Of a stretch of DNA of 17,520 nt, positions 15,786 through 17,520 are shown in pieces. Where the stretch lies: positions 1 to 17,520 of the forward strand of contig CAZECW010000167.1 in assembly GCA_964510585.1 (NCBI GenBank), written 5' to 3'. Positions within the stretch are counted from its first letter, which is position 1. Every line of letters begins with the position of its first letter. The notes under the pieces were generated by a model. That model saw only the letters and a list, made by a program, of their open reading frames with translations, ran no database searches and had not been told where the DNA came from. The stretch is from an uncultured archaeon. Its GTDB lineage: Archaea; Asgardarchaeota; Jordiarchaeia; Jordiarchaeales; Jordiarchaeaceae. The translations under genes were made by a program, and so were the position numbers.

Positions 15786-17066
15786 CTATTTTTTAATTAT
15801 TTCTAGGAAGGCTTCAACTCTCGTGGTGAGTTGCCCGATATCTTCTTCACTGTAGTCTGTTTCGACGGTTAGCATTGGTATGTTAATTCGTTTTAGGGCT
15901 CTCTCAACTTTACGGGCTTCAATATTGTAGTCGTGGCATGTTTGCAATGAGTAGTGTATTACTCCATCTACTTTGAAATCCTTCGCAAGTTGAATGATGT
16001 CATTAATTCTTCCATTGTTAGGCGTAAAACAGGCGCAGTGAATATTCAGGCAAGCATCAACAATTGACTTCAGCAATCCATCTAAATCGTTGGCAGAGCT
16101 ATCCACCTTTCCCATATTGAGAAATCTTGTACCTACGCAGGATTCCTCAACAACTATTACCGCTCCACTGTTTTCCACGATGTTGTGCAGCTTCCAGTTC
16201 GGTATAGCCATAGGGCACCCCGAAACCATAATTCTTGGAGCATCCGCATCAACTACACCCACACCCTTCCTAACCCTTTCCTCCAACTCTTCCACAAGCT
16301 CACTGGTTTTCCTAATAAATCGTTGAATCTCATCGTTGATTGAAATTTGGTTGATAAGCAATGCATCCTTACCACTTATCGGTGGAGGCACCGCCTTTCT
16401 AGTATTATTAAGTCTCTCAAGCACCTCTCTTTTCGCATTCACCATCTCAATTGCATTTTTCAAACTTTCAACAGTAATCCTGTTCCCAGTCAGCTCCTCA
16501 AGTTTAGACGCAAGTTGCTTCAACTCTTTCAGAAACATTTCTCTAGACTGTATGGTTTCTGGTTTCTGTGGCAACTCAACAGTATAAGTAGAACAAATGT
16601 TACCCAACAATTCATAGACCTTCTTTTTACCATCACACGTTGTTTCCCCTACCAAAAGATCAGAGGATTGAAAATATGGGCAGACCCTAGAAAGCTTAAA
16701 CCCAAAGGAAGACTTTATCAGAGGGCAAATATTTCTGGGCAGAAACTGTTCAGCAATTGGAACTGTGAAATTTGAACCGCCACAAAGGCCAACAAACACA
16801 GCGCCCGAAGCCAGCACCAATTCTTGGGGAAGATACAAGCAAAAGGCTCCAACCACCTTTCCTCCCTGAGCCTTAAAATCGTATAGTTCCTTTATTCTCA
16901 ACTTGTGCAATTCAGAGATTATATAGTCATAGTACTCCATTGCCTTGGGTCTATTCTTCTGGGTGAGAAACACTCTCTGATAAGCGTTGGGAAGCCTTGT
17001 GAGAATCAGTTCATGCTTCTCAACATCCATATCCAACTCTTGCCAAATCTTCCTATAAACCTCCAT
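15786..17066 (-). CDS. 2-hydroxyacyl-CoA dehydratase D-family Fe-S protein, double-cubane cluster protein (DCCP)-like
   Basis: Motifs GAFCLYLP, GLCGG, NICPLIKSS, ETTCDGKKK, EESCVG, HCACFTPN and ETDYS. A GAGGT SD precedes ATG 17066 (426 aa); the ORF track starts at GTG 17093. Confidence 0.85.
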   Translation of the reverse strand: MEVYRKIWQELDMDVEKHELILTRLPNAYQRVFLTQKNRPKAMEYYDYIISELHKLRIKELYDFKAQGGKVVGAFCLYLPQELVLASGAVFVGLCGGSNFTVPIAEQFLPRNICPLIKSSFGFKLSRVCPYFQSSDLLVGETTCDGKKKVYELLGNICSTYTVELPQKPETIQSREMFLKELKQLASKLEELTGNRITVESLKNAIEMVNAKREVLERLNNTRKAVPPPISGKDALLINQISINDEIQRFIRKTSELVEELEERVRKGVGVVDADAPRIMVSGCPMAIPNWKLHNIVENSGAVIVVEESCVGTRFLNMGKVDSSANDLDGLLKSIVDACLNIHCACFTPNNGRINDIIQLAKDFKVDGVIHYSLQTCHDYNIEARKVERALKRINIPMLTVETDYSEEDIGQLTTRVEAFLEIIKK

Positions 17067-17135
17067 AATTACAACCTCTTTTTGACCACTCACAATAAAT
17101 ATTAAAAATATTAATAGTAGATATTAAAAAAAATA

Positions 17136-17150
17136 ATATAAAGTTTTTCC
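17136..17150 (-). promoter_or_regulatory. Archaeal BRE-TATA promoter for the Fe-S gene
   Basis: Minus strand GGAAAAACTTTATAT: a purine-rich BRE directly followed by TTTATAT, about 70 nt upstream of ATG 17066. Confidence 0.6.
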
Positions 17151-17520
17151 CAAAAAACAGCCAAAAGAGCCAAAAACGAAATAAAAAAAATAACACCACA
17201 CCAATTTAACCCCCACCTCCAAACTAAAAAACCACAACACGCAAACATCCCAAACAAAGTTATTAGACTATGAAGTCCTCAGCTACCCATCATTTTAGCT
17301 CCCCCTTTATCACTAGAACATAACTCCAAAAATGATAGACAATAGGGGCCACAAGTGTCTCCAACTACGGTTCTGGTATCAAATACGGTTGGTAAGGTTA
17401 ATGTGTGGATCATACCATTCTCTAACACATGTACATATACATCGAGAACAGTATGATCCACAGTTCTGAATTGGTTCCTCTGATATTTGAGCTTTCCCTC
17501 CGCCTACGCCCCCTTCCCGT

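Noticed and set aside
530-16775. Numerous short ORFs overlapping the long genes (e.g. 530-820, 2839-3126, 6775-7149, 7450-7773, 9753-10070, 16347-16775)
   Set aside because: Shadow frames of well-supported CDSs; the hydrophobic-looking ones arise from the A/C-rich 3' ends.
17279-17520. 60-aa ORF and Cys-rich fragments (CGSYCSRC, CGPYC) at the right edge
   Set aside because: The motifs are in different frames and the region is cut by the window edge; it cannot be assigned.

Overview
Archaeal accessory/defence-like region. The domain call rests on GGTGA/GAGG Shine-Dalgarno motifs, BRE-TATA promoters and the gene families present. The exact lineage cannot be fixed from the window; an Asgard- or Bathyarchaeia-like host is only a guess. 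Left to right: a GvpD/KaiC-like two-domain ATPase; a coiled-coil PD-(D/E)XK-like protein; a conserved hypothetical gene; and a decayed inverted paralogue of the gene at 10559. That paralogue is cut off by a stack of small, ORF-less IS200/IS605-type elements with hairpin ends, TCAC/TCAA termini and omega-RNA-like bodies. Next come a hypothetical-Snf2 helicase-SWIM zinc-finger module, a zincin-like protein with a degenerate HExxH motif and a two-TM membrane protein. A toxin-antitoxin hot spot follows: a PIN pseudogene, an orphan 3-repeat CRISPR mini-array, a frameshifted DUF4258-like toxin with its DUF2283 partner, and an AbiEi/AbiEii-like pair. The last gene is a double-cubane-type 2-hydroxyacyl-CoA dehydratase family protein. 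The most striking items are the cas-less mini-array wedged between two divergently oriented, inactivated toxin genes and the TnpB-less miniature IS200/IS605 elements. All family assignments come from motif recognition by eye, not database searches.
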